Origin: Scenedesmus sp. PABB004
Lineage: Eukaryota
NCBI GenBank assembly: GCA_014905635.1
Contig: JABVCE010000013.1
Coordinates: 434,001 to 498,000 of the forward strand
Length of the DNA: 64,000 nt
Direction of reading: 5' to 3'
Shown: in pieces, positions 48,292 to 59,111 of the stretch
Layout: each line of letters begins with the position of its first letter
Numbering within the stretch: position 1 is the first letter of the stretch
Notes under the pieces: generated by a model
What the model was told of the DNA's origin: nothing
What the model saw: the letters and a program-made list of their open reading frames with translations, nothing else
The model's database searches: none
Program-made: the position numbers and the translations under genes

Positions 48292-49245
48292 GGCGCTCCC
48301 TGGCGGGGCGCGTGGGCAGGGGGCGGCGGAGGCGGGCGCGTGCGACGTCGCCGCCCGCCGCGCGCACAGGGCACGCGCTTGGTGGGGTGGCGCGGCGCTT
48401 TATGAACTGGGGCTAATATCAGAAGCAGCTCACGGGCCAGGCGGCGCACCTGCGTGCCCGGCGTGTCGGCCTGGCGTGAAGAAATGGCGCGAACGAGATG
48501 CGCTTGGCACGTTTGCCGCGAGCGCGTCGCCAGCGGACGCCGGTCGGTCGAGAGCTCAGGCCAAGTCACGGCTGTATTTATGGGCGTGCTGCTGGCGAGC
48601 TCAGAAAGAGAGGGGGGCTGGCGGCGCCACGACGCTTCCAGCGCGCCTCCCACGCAGCGCAGCAGGCAGCGCTGCCGGGCCTGCGAGCGCGGCTGTGATC
48701 CGGAAATATCAGCCTCCATCACTCCCTGCCGAGCCGGACCGGTCCTGGCGGAGGTCGGCCGCCGCCCGCACGCGCGCGACCGCTGCGCGCAGCTCGCGTC
48801 CCGCCGCCGCGAGGCCCCGGCATCCATCCGGCTGCGGCGTTGCGCCATATGTGTGAGCCGTTCTTTGGCCCCGTCGTCACCGCTCCCCCGGCCGCTCCGC
48901 CGGCGCGCGCCGCGGCCAACCGCTCCAGCCGACAGCGCCCGCGGCGCCGCCACGGAGGAGCTGCTCGGCAAGGCGCCGATCGGTTGGCCGCGTGCCCGAC
49001 CGGAGTGGCGGTCCGGGGGCGCGGGCACGACGCCTGCGCGTCAGGAGCCGAAGAACCGCGCCCGTAACATGCGGGGGGCTCGCCTCATGCGGCTTCCCCG
49101 CTCACAGTGCCCCTCCCGCCGACCGCCAGCACGCCCCTCGACCAACGGACCGCTCCGAGCCACGCCCGCCGCGCCGCGGCCGTCGCCCGAGCGGGCAGAG
49201 CAGCAGCTGCTGATCGACTCGCGGCCTCCCGCCCGCCCCGGCGCC

Positions 49246-50877
49246 ATGTCGCCCGTGGACTTCCTGGAGCAGCTGCAGGCGGCGCAGCCCGACCTGGCGC
49301 CCGACCTGGGCGAGCTGGGCGGGCTGTACCAGCGCAAGCTGTGGCACCAGCTCACGCTCAAGCTTGAGGCGTGCTTCGCGCAGCCCGCGTTCAACCGCGG
49401 CGACCTGCCGCTGCAGCTCTACGAGGGCTTCATCAAGGACTTTGGGCACAAGATCAACCTGCTCAAGCTCGCGCAGTTTGCGGTGCACGTGGCGAAGCAC
49501 ATCGCCGACCCCGCGGCGGCGCTCGCGTTCCTCGACGGCGTCGCGGCGCGCCTGCGCGAGCAGAAGCTCCCGCGCAGCGAGCAGCCGCTCCTCTTCCTCA
49601 GCATGCACGTCGCGCAGCAGCGCCTCGAGGCCGGCGACGCGGCGGCGGCAAAGGGCCTCGTCGAGGCGGGCGCGGCGGAGCTCGACGCGCTCGACGACGT
49701 CGACCCGAGCGTCTCGGCCGCGGTGCACTACGTGAGCAGCCTGTACCACAAGCTCAAGCAGGACTACGCCGCGTTCTACCGCTCGACGATGATGTACCTC
49801 GCGTTCGTCTCCTCCGACGGCCTCGCCGCCGACTTCAAGCTCCCGCTCGCCGTCGACGTCTCGCTCGCCGCGCTGCTCGGCGAGGGGATCTACAACTTTG
49901 CAGCGCTGCTCATGCACCCCATCATCAAGGCGCGCGCCACGCACGCGAGTGCACACGTGCACGCGCGCGGCGCCGCCCGAGCAGCAGCGGCAGCTGCAGC
50001 GCCGAGCGCCGCGCGGCGCGCCGAGCAGCAGCGGCTGCCCGCGGCCGCCGGCCGGCGCTCGCGCGCGAGCCTCACCGCCGCGCGGCGCCGCCGTGCCGCG
50101 CTGCGCCGCCGCGCGCAGGTGCTGGACGGCAGCCCCTACGCATGGCTGGCGGAGATGCTGGCGTGCTTCAACCACGGCGACCTGCACGCGTACGATGCGC
50201 TCTGCGCCAAGCATGCCGCCGTTCTCAACGCGCAGCCCGCGCTGGTCGAGAACGAGCGGCGCCTGCGGGAAAAGGCGCGCGCGCGCGCGCGCACGGTGCT
50301 CGGAGCGCCACGGCGCGCGGCGGGCGCGGGCGCGCGCGCGGGCGCGGCGGGGCCGCCGCGCCGTGCGCCCACCCCGGCCCGCGCCGCGCCTGCGCATCAC
50401 CCGCGCAGGTGACGATCAGCTGCCTGATCAACCAGATCAGCGACCTGCCGCCCGAGCAGCGCCGCATCCCTCTGTCCGACATCGCGGCGCGCACCAAGCT
50501 GAGCGTGGACGGCGTCGAGTTCCTGCTCATGAAGGCCCTCGCGCTGCACCTCATCGAGGGCAGCATCGACCAGGTGGCGCGCGGCGGCGCGCGGAGCGCG
50601 GGGGCGGCCGCGGCGGCCACGGTGGCGGCAGGGGCGCGGCAGCGCGGCAGCGAGTTGCGTGGAGGGCAGCCGGGCGCGGGCGGCGGCCCGACGCGCGCCC
50701 GCGCGCGCGTCGCAGGTCGCGCAGGAGGTGACGGTCAGCTGGGTCGCGAGCCGCGTGCTCACGACGGCGCAGGTGCAGGGGCTGAAGGAGCGCCTCGACG
50801 GCTGGATCTCCAAGGTCAACGCCATCAGCAACACGCTGGAGCAGGAGAGCATCGGCGTCGCGCTCGAGGTCGTGTGA
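49246..50877 (+). CDS. RPN9: 26S proteasome regulatory subunit RPN9 (PSMD13), 4 exons
   Basis: LYQRKLWHQLT, KINLLKL, AALLGEGIYNFAALLMHPII, VEFLLMKALALHLIEGSIDQV; exons 49246-49929, 50119-50274, 50409-50573, 50716-50877. Confidence 0.96.
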
Positions 50878-51095
50878 GCCGCCGGCGGCGGCGCGCGCTG
50901 GGCGCGGACGGGCGGGCGGGCGGGCGGGCGCACAGCAGCGCGGCGGCGCTGCTGCGGGGCCGGGGCGGACGGGGGCCGGGCGGCGCGGGCGCAGCTGCGA
51001 AGCTGCCGACGGCGGTCGTTGGCCCGGGGCGCGGGCGTTGGGGCCCTGTAGATTACGCCCCCTCCCCCCTCCCCGAGCACTCGCGCACGCCGCGG

Positions 51096-52879
51096 TCAGT
51101 CGAGCGCGTACAGGCCCGTCGGTGCGGGCGCCGGGGGCACCTCAGCGCGGCCGGCAGGCTCGGGTGCCACCGCCGCGTCCTCGGACGCCACCGCGGCGGC
51201 TTCGCGCGCGCCGGCCGTCGCGGGCTTTGCCTCGGGCGACGCGCTGCCCTCGCGCGCGGCGCCGCTCGAGCTGCTCCAGCTGCCCGCCGTGCTCACGCCG
51301 CGGGGCTCGGGGGACGCCGCCGCCACCTCGGCCGGGGGCTCGGCACTGGGTGCCTCCTCCTCCTCCTCTGCCTCGTCGCGCGCGGGCAGCAGGCCCGCAG
51401 CGGCCTGCGCCGCCTCCGTCGCCGCGCGCAGCCGCGCGAGTGCCGGCAGCTGGTCCGCGCCCGCCTGCTGCACCTCGCTGATGAGCGCAGCGGCGCCGCG
51501 GCGCCCGCTGCCGGCGGCGGACGCTGCGGGCGCGCCCGCGGCGTCCAGCTCGCGCTGCGCGGCGCGCACGGACGCCAGGTACTGCTCGCCGTCCTCGCTG
51601 GCCTTGGCCGCGGCCGCGGCGGGCGCGCCCGCCGCCCCCTCCTCGCCCGTGAACGCGGCCAGGCGGCGCCGCGCGTCGCGCAGCTCGGGCGGCTCGCGCA
51701 GCAGCGCCAGGGTCTCGTCGTCCTGGTCGGCGTCGCCCTCGCCCGCTGCCGCCCCGCCATCGCCGGCGGCGCCCGGGTCCGCGCCCGCGCGCGCCGCCTG
51801 GTCGGGCTGCAGCGTGTCAAAGTAGGGGTCCGTGTCGCCGTCCGGCAGGCCCAGCATCGCGCGGCGCTTCCTGAAGCCCTCGCGCCGCAGCTGCTGCATC
51901 CAGTCAAAGTTGCGCCGCTCGCGCGCCGCGGCCTCCTCCTTGAGCCGTGCGCGCTCGTCGCGCTCCGCCTCCAGCCCGCCGCGCGCCCTGCGGGCGGCGG
52001 GGCGGCGCGGCGCGGCGCGGTCGCTCGGGCGGCGCCCGTCCTGCATGCGCCGCGCCCCGCCGGCGCCCGCCGCCGCCCAGCGGACCGCGGCACCGGCCGC
52101 GCTGCGCCGCCGCGCGCGCCGCCGCGCACCACGCCTCGCAGCACGCGCGCTCCTCCTCGCTGATCGGGCGGTCGTCGAGGTAGGTGAGGCGGGGGCAGGA
52201 CGCGACGACGGTCTTGCGGTACGAGGGGATGGCGCCGACCGCGGGGTTGCCCTTGAGGTGGAGGCAGCGCAGCTCCGGCAGCGCCGCGACCAGCGACAGC
52301 ACGGCCTCGCCGTCCTCGATGCCGCAGGACTGCAGGTCCAGCGTGTGCAGGCGGGCGCAGGCCGCGAGCGGCGCGAGCGCGGCGGGGCCGCCGAGGCGGT
52401 TGCCCTCCGCGACGAGCGTCGCGAGGCCGGGGCAGGCCTGCAGCCCCTCGAGCGAGTCGAGGCCGTTGGACGCCACGTTGAGCGTGTCCAGGCCGGGAAC
52501 CCGCTCCAGGGCGGCCAGGCTGCGCAGGCAGTTCTGCTGCACGTAGCTGCGGCGGCGGCAGCGACGCACGGCGGCACCGGCGGTCAGCGGTCAGCCACTG
52601 CTGGCGGCGGCGACACGCGTCGATCGGCGCGCCGCGTGCCGCGGCCGCGGCGGCGGGGGCTCACAGGCACTTGAGCTGCTCCAGGGGCGGCAGTCCGTCC
52701 AGCGACTGCAGCGCGTTGCCCTCCAGGAAGAGGGCCTTCAGCCCCGTGTACTCCTCCAGCCCCGCGATGCGCCCGAAGCCCTGAAAATTGAGGTAGAGCT
52801 TGTCGTTGAGCTCGGGCGTGCGGTAGAGCTTGTGCTGCACGCACAGGGCGCGCAGCGTGGGCGGGTCCATCGTCGCCAT
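51096..52879 (-). CDS. DNAAF1: Dynein axonemal assembly factor 1 (ODA7/LRRC50), 3 exons
   Basis: [81 protein letters not shown]. Confidence 0.92.
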
Positions 52880-53505
52880 TTTCCCGCGCAGCGGCCGGCC
52901 GACCCGCAGGCGCGGTGGCGCGGTGACACGCTGGTCCCAGGAGGGAGCCGGGCCTGTTTGCCGCCTCGTGCAGCGGCCTGCCGGACCGTGCGACCCCCAG
53001 GCGGCGCGGCGCGGGCGGGCGGCGGCGGTCTGCGCTGCTGTCGGCGCTGCTGCGGCGCGCTCGCTCTCCCCTCGCCCAGAATCAGTTGTTATCAGGTCGT
53101 GCGCACGCCTGGAGGCCCACAAAACCATGGCGCTGTGCAGGCGGCGCGCCCCGCAGAACCGCCGCCGCTCGCGCTGGCGTGCCGGCGACGCCCGGTGACC
53201 ATGGCTCTGGCCAGAGCGGCGCCGCCACGGCGTGCCCCGGAGCGGTGATGATGGTGCAGCAGCAGTGAATGAAATCAACGCAGCAACAGAGTAGTCACGT
53301 CAAAGCAATAGGGGGGCACGCACCGCTGCGCGCGAGTGGCCGCCGCCCGCCAGCCAAGCCCCGGCCCGCCCGGTAAACCCCGCGTGCCCGCTTGGTCAGT
53401 GCAGCCCACAGCCATTCGTTGAGGCCGTCTCCCGTGCGCCCACGCTGCATACTACATTGAACGGTTGTCCAACCCTCGCGGCCGCCGCGGCCGACGCCGC
53501 GCAGC

Positions 53506-56500
53506 TCAACGCTGCTGCCCCTCCGCCGCCGCCGCGAGCTCCTGCGCCAGCTGCAGCAGCGCGCGCTGCGCGGGGTATTCGTCGTAGGACCAGCGGCAGG
53601 GCCCGCCAAACTCCTCCGGCACCAGGTCGGGCCCGAGGCACGCCGCCAGCTCGGCGGCCGCCTCGGCGGGGCTCTCGCAGACCTGGCGCGTGCGGGCGCG
53701 CGGGCGCGGGAGCGGGCACGGGCGGGTGTGCGTCGGTGGCAACGGCAGGCGGCGGGCGGCGGGCGGGCAGGCGCGCGGCGGCGCGTGGCCGCACCTGGAC
53801 CTTGGCGCGCGTGCTGGGCGAGAGGTGGGGGCGGACCATGCGGTAGAGCATGTTGAACCACGCGGGCGCGCCGACGACGAGGCAGCGCGCGAGGCGCTCC
53901 GGCCACGCGTGGCAGACCTCGCCGAGCGCGCGCGCGCCGACCTGGCCCTCGCCGACCGCCTGGCCGAGGCGAATGCCTGCCATGTCGGTGACCATGACCA
54001 GGCGGCCCCCGGGGTGCGGGTGCGGCGCGAGGCGGTCAAACAGCACCGCCCACACAAAGCCGGCGTACGCGACCAGGTCAGCCGGCGACAGTCCCGCGGC
54101 CGCGAGCGACCTCGACATGCCCACCAGGCTCGCCATCTGCGGCGGCGCGGCGGCGGCGGCGGCGCGGCGATGATGATGCACGGTGGGTGCGGTCGCGCCC
54201 GTGGCGCGGCGGGCGCGCGGGCGCGCGGGCTCGCAGCAGCGCGCTGCGGTGCGGTGCGTGCCTTGACGAGCAGGACGACGTGGCCCTGCGGTGTGACGGC
54301 GAGCGGGCGCATGTGCAGGTGGCGCTGGAACCAGGCAAAGTGCGGCACCGGCGCGTCCAGGGCCGCGTGGCGGCCGTAGCGCAGCCGCCACGCGTGAACG
54401 ATCGCCGCGACCTTGCGCCGCTCCTCGAGGTTGGGCCTGCGCAGCGAGGCCGGCGCGGCGCGGCACGGCGCGGTGAGCGCGTCGGCCGCTGGGGCGGCGC
54501 GCGCGGCGGCGGCGGCGGCGGCGGCGGCGCGCCGCGCCTCGCGATCCAGATGCGGTGCCGCCAGTCCGGCGTCATCCACTCGGGCTCCGGACTCGACACG
54601 AGCACGGCGTGCGCGCTGCTGGCCGAGGCGTCGCACGGCGCGAGCTGCTCCAGCAGCCCCCTCGCGGCGGCGGCGTCGAGCACGAGCGAGCCCTGGCGCG
54701 ACACTGCGGCGGCGGGGCGTGGCGGGGCGCGGCGGGGCGCGGCGCGTCGGCACGGCAGCTCGGCGCCGCGCGGCGGGGCGCGGGCGCGTCCGCGCGCACA
54801 CGCACCGAGAGGGCTGTGCGCCTCCGCGGCCGCGCGCATGGCGCGGCAGGCGGCGATCTGCTCCTCGAGCAGCCCGAGCGCCTCGCGCACAAAGCCGCCG
54901 CCGAGCAGGCGCAGGCGCAGGCCCTCGGGCGCGACGAGCGGCGACGCCGCGCCGCCGGCGCCGCACGGCGCAGCGCCGCCCGCCGCGCTGCCGGGGCGCG
55001 AGCTCGGCTGCGCCGGCGCGGCCGCGCCGGCGTGCGCCGGCCTGCGGCGCTGCAGCAGCGCGCGCGGCCAGCGCGGCCGGGCGGCCGCGAGCATGCAGAT
55101 CGCGTGCAGTGCGGCGGCCGCCAGCACGAGCGGCGGCCCCGCCCGCGTCTGCAGCAGCAGCAGCGCGAGGCAGGACAGCGCCGCGGCCGCCAGCCCCAGC
55201 GCGGACAGCACCTGCAGCTCCGCCGGCGCCAGCGGGCCCCTCGCGTGGCCGCCAAGCACCAGCACGCCCGGCGCATCGCCGCCGACGCCGCCGCCCGCCG
55301 TGGCGGGGCCCCCAGCGTCGGGCGCCGCGCCGCGCGGCAGGGGCGCCGCCTCGCTGCCGCCCGGCAGCAGCTGCACGTGCAGCACGGCAAACACCTCGGC
55401 GCTGAACTCCAGCGGCTGCTCCTCGTCCTCCTCCTCGTCGTCCTCCCCGTGCACGCTGCAGACAATGCGGCTGCTGAACACGCGGCTGCCGCTGCCCCCG
55501 CTGGTGCTACGCCGGCAGGCGCGTGTGTCGCCGGCCAGCTCGCTGGCAGCGCTGCTGCGCTGCGACAGCTGCTGCTGCAGCACCGCGCTGCTGCGCCGCG
55601 ACAGCTGCTGCTCCAGCGCCGCCATGGACGGCGCCGCCGCTCGGTCGCTGCCGGCGCCGTCGCCGGCGCGGGCGGGCGCCGGCGCCGGCTCGCCGCCGCC
55701 GGCGATGCCGGGCGGTGGCGCGCTGACCTCGCTGGCGGGGCGCGCGAGCCCGGGCCGGCGCGCGCCTCCTCGGTGGCTGCAGCCGCGCGCATGCTCTCTG
55801 GGTTGCTCTTGCTGCGCGGCGGCAGCCGCACCTTGACGGCGGCGGCGGCGGCGCCGTCGGCGGCGGCGGCGGCGGCGGTGCCGTCGGCAGGCTCCGGCGC
55901 GTCGGAGGGCGCGTCCGAGGCCGGCGCGGGCGCCGCCGGCAGCGCAAAGCCCAGATGCTGCACTGCCGGCTCCGCCGCCTCCACCGGCGGCGCCTTGGGC
56001 GCGGTCACGCGCCGGATGAGGCTCCGCGCCGAGTGCCTCGCCGACGAAAGCGTCACGAGCTGGCGCGCCCCGAAGCTGCCGCGCTCGCCGCCGTCCTCGC
56101 TGCGCGGCGGCCGCGCCGCGGCGATCGCCTGCGCCGCACTGGGCTGCGCGGCGACGCCCGCACCCGGAGCGCGCGCCGCTGCGCCGCCAGCATCGGCGCT
56201 GCCGGCTGCGTCCTGCGAGCCGGGCGGGTGGCCCGTGAAGCTGTGGAAGGCCACCTCGCTGTCCTGGTCGTCCTCGTCGCCCTCCTCCCCGTGCACGCTG
56301 TCAAGGCGCAGCAGGTTGGGCGCGCCGCCGGGCGCCAGCTGCCGCTCGTCGCCGGCGTCCGCCTCCGCAGGCCCCTCCTCCTCCTCCTGCTCCTCCAGCT
56401 GCTCCTCCTCGTGCTGCTCGTCCGACTCCTCCTGCTCCTCCTCCCCCTCGTCTGCCTGCTGCCCCACGTGCTCCGCCATCCACGGCTCCATCGCCGCGTC

Positions 56501-58434
56501 CAGCACCACCGCCGCCGCGGCCGCCTGCCCCGCGACGTCGTCGCCGTCGCTGGCCGCCGCGGGCGCGCCGGCGCCGAGCGGCCGCAGCAGCACCGGCACT
56601 GCCAGCAGCTGCACGCGGTGGCTGTGGTGCTGCTTCGAAAGCAGGGCCACCAGCTCAGGCACCAGCGTGGCCTCCGCCAGCCCCGCGGGCGTGGCAAGGT
56701 GGACCTTGAAAGCGGCGGGGCCGCGGGGCACCTGCGCAGTGGCGCAGCGGCGCCGGCGGGCGGCGGCGCGCGTGGCGGCGCCGTCAGCGCCGCCGGGACG
56801 CGCGCGGGTGCCGCCGCCGCCGCGCCGCCGCTCGCACCTGCAGCGCAGTGAGCAGCGGCTGGCTCTCCGGCAGCGCCGCGGCCTCGATCGCCTCGACCCA
56901 GCTGTCGGGCAGCTGCAGCTCAGTGCCCCAGGGCGTCGGCCCCGCCACGAGCTCCTCGGGGCCTGCAAAAGACGCGTGCGCACGAGCGCGGCGGTGTCGG
57001 CGGCGGCAGCGGCGGCGCCACGTCGGCCGCCGACAGCCGGCGCAGCTGCCCCGCCGCCGCGGCGCGGCGCGCGCCGGGGAACGGACGACGCGCGCCCCGC
57101 GTGCAACGCACCCGTGCGGCTGCTGGCGAGTTCGGTGATGTGGGTGACGTGGAAGCCGGGCGCAAAGGGCAGCCCCTGCTTGAGCCAGGAGAGCGCGGCG
57201 CGCATCGCGGCGCGCCCTGCCGTCAGCAGCTCCGCCGCGAGCGCGCACATCGCGGCGTCGCGAAACTGCAGCGTGAACGCTTCGACAGCGACCCAGTAGT
57301 CGGAGCCGTCGTCGGTCTGGACGAGCCGGAAGCTGCTGATCGTGCTGCTCACGCTGCGCCCCGCGTCGCCGAGCGCGCGGCGCGCGCGGCCGCCGCCGCG
57401 CGGCGGCGGCGCGGCCGGCGTGGGCGAGCCGCCACGCGCGCGCGACGGCGCGTCGCCGCCAGCCCAGCTGCCGGGCGGCGCGGTGGACCCGGAGCGGCGC
57501 CGCGGGCGCCTCGGCGGCTCGGTGTCGTCGTCGCCATCGTCGCTGCCGCTCTCCTCCTCCTCCGCCGCCGCCCCGGCGCCGCGCGCCGGCGCGCCGCCGC
57601 CGCCGTCGCTCGCGGCGAGGTCGGGCATGGAGCGCGACGTGGGCAGCCGGCGCCCCGCCGCCGGCTCGCCCGCGGCGCTGCCGACGCCGAGCGCCGCGGC
57701 GGAGACCTTGAAGCGCGCCGCGCCGGTGAGGATGAACTCCAGCTCCAGCCGGCTGCTCGCGGCCTCGCACTTGACCATCTGCGCGGCGCGCCGGCGGCGG
57801 CAGTGGCCCCCGCGCCCGCGCGGGCGAGGGCGGGCGGGAGAGAGGGAGGGAGCGAGGGAGGCAGCGAGCACCCGCCCGCCGCACACCTTGCTCAGGTCGT
57901 GCTGCGCCAGCACGGACGCCTGCGCGTCGGCGTCGCCGCCCGGCGCGCCGCCCGCGCCGCCGTCGCCGCCGGGCTTGACCAGCACGAGGTCTGCCCCCGT
58001 GATGAGCAGCACCGCGCGGCGGCTGCGCTTGAGCATGCGGGCGGGCATGAAGAGCACCTGGTCCGCCAGCAACGCGCTGCGGCGGCGGCGGACGACGCGG
58101 TGGCGGACGCGGCGGCGGCGGCGGGCGCGCCGCGCCGCAGCACTCCCCTGCCACCCCTGCCCGCGCCGCCGCCGCGCCCGCCGCACCGCACGGTCGTGTT
58201 CTGCAGCCGCATCTGCCGCGCCCGTGCGGCGGCGGCGGCGGCGCCGCCGCCGGCCGCCGCGGCCGCGGCGGCATCCGCGGCCGCCGCCGCCGCGGCCGCG
58301 GCGCGCGCGGGGAAGGCGTAGCCCGCGAACGCGGAGCTCTTCTGCCGCACCACGCCGATCGTGTTGGCCACGCGGCTGCTCACGCCGTGGCGCACGCGGC
58401 CGAGCTTGTGCGTGAAGGAGCGGATTCGCCCCAT
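53506..58434 (-). CDS. Multi-domain protein with C-terminal CRAL-TRIO (Sec14) domain, about 10 exons
   Basis: C-terminal LVMVTDMAGIRLG, WPERLARCLVVGAPAWFNMLYRMVRPHLSPSTRAKVQ, LVPEEFGG; two hydrophobic segments at ~55080-55220; junction near 55720-55830 not resolved. Confidence 0.72.
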
Positions 58435-59111
58435 CGCGCGCGCGCCGACCGCGAGCAGCGCCGGCGCTGCGCTCGCAGCGCTGGCCGACTAGCACCGCGC
58501 CGCGCCCGGCGCTGCGCCGGCTTCTGGCGCTGCGGGAGGCGCGCCAGGTGCGCCACAAGGTCCCCGCGGCGGCGGCATGCCGGGCCGCGCCGCGCCGGCG
58601 CAGTGGCAGCGGCGCTCGGCAGCGGCGCTCGGCAGCGACGGCGCCGCTGGCGCAGCTGCGTCCGGCGCTGCCCTGGGCGCAGGCCGCGACCGACACCCGC
58701 GCTGGCAGGGCCGAGCGCGCGCGCAAACTGACTCCGGTGTGACTGCTGGGCCGGTGTGCCGCGGCCAACTGTCGCCTCGCACGCTGCGCGGCCTGCCGCA
58801 GCGTCGGTGATCGAGGTCCCGGCAGTGCTGCCGACTGGCAGCAGCGTCTGGCCCAGCTTTCGCCAACAGCGGCAGCCGAGCGGGCGTCGCTGTAGGGCTC
58901 TGTCTCGCCTCCAGGGAGCCGCCACAGGGCGCGCTGACGGCCCAGTCTTGCGGCCGGCGGTCTCGCCGTCCTCTCGGACGCCCAGCAGCAGGGGCTTGGC
59001 CGCGCCGCGCTGCCGCCGCCGCGCCGCCGTGCTGCCATCGCAGCGGCGCCGGAGCGGCGGCCTACCCGGTGATGGCCGGGGCCCGCCCGCCACGCGCCTG
59101 AGGCAGCAGAT

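Noticed and set aside
53245..53340. Box C-like GTGATGA in an A-rich intergenic patch
   Set aside because: No downstream CTGA box D, closing stem or rRNA antisense element.
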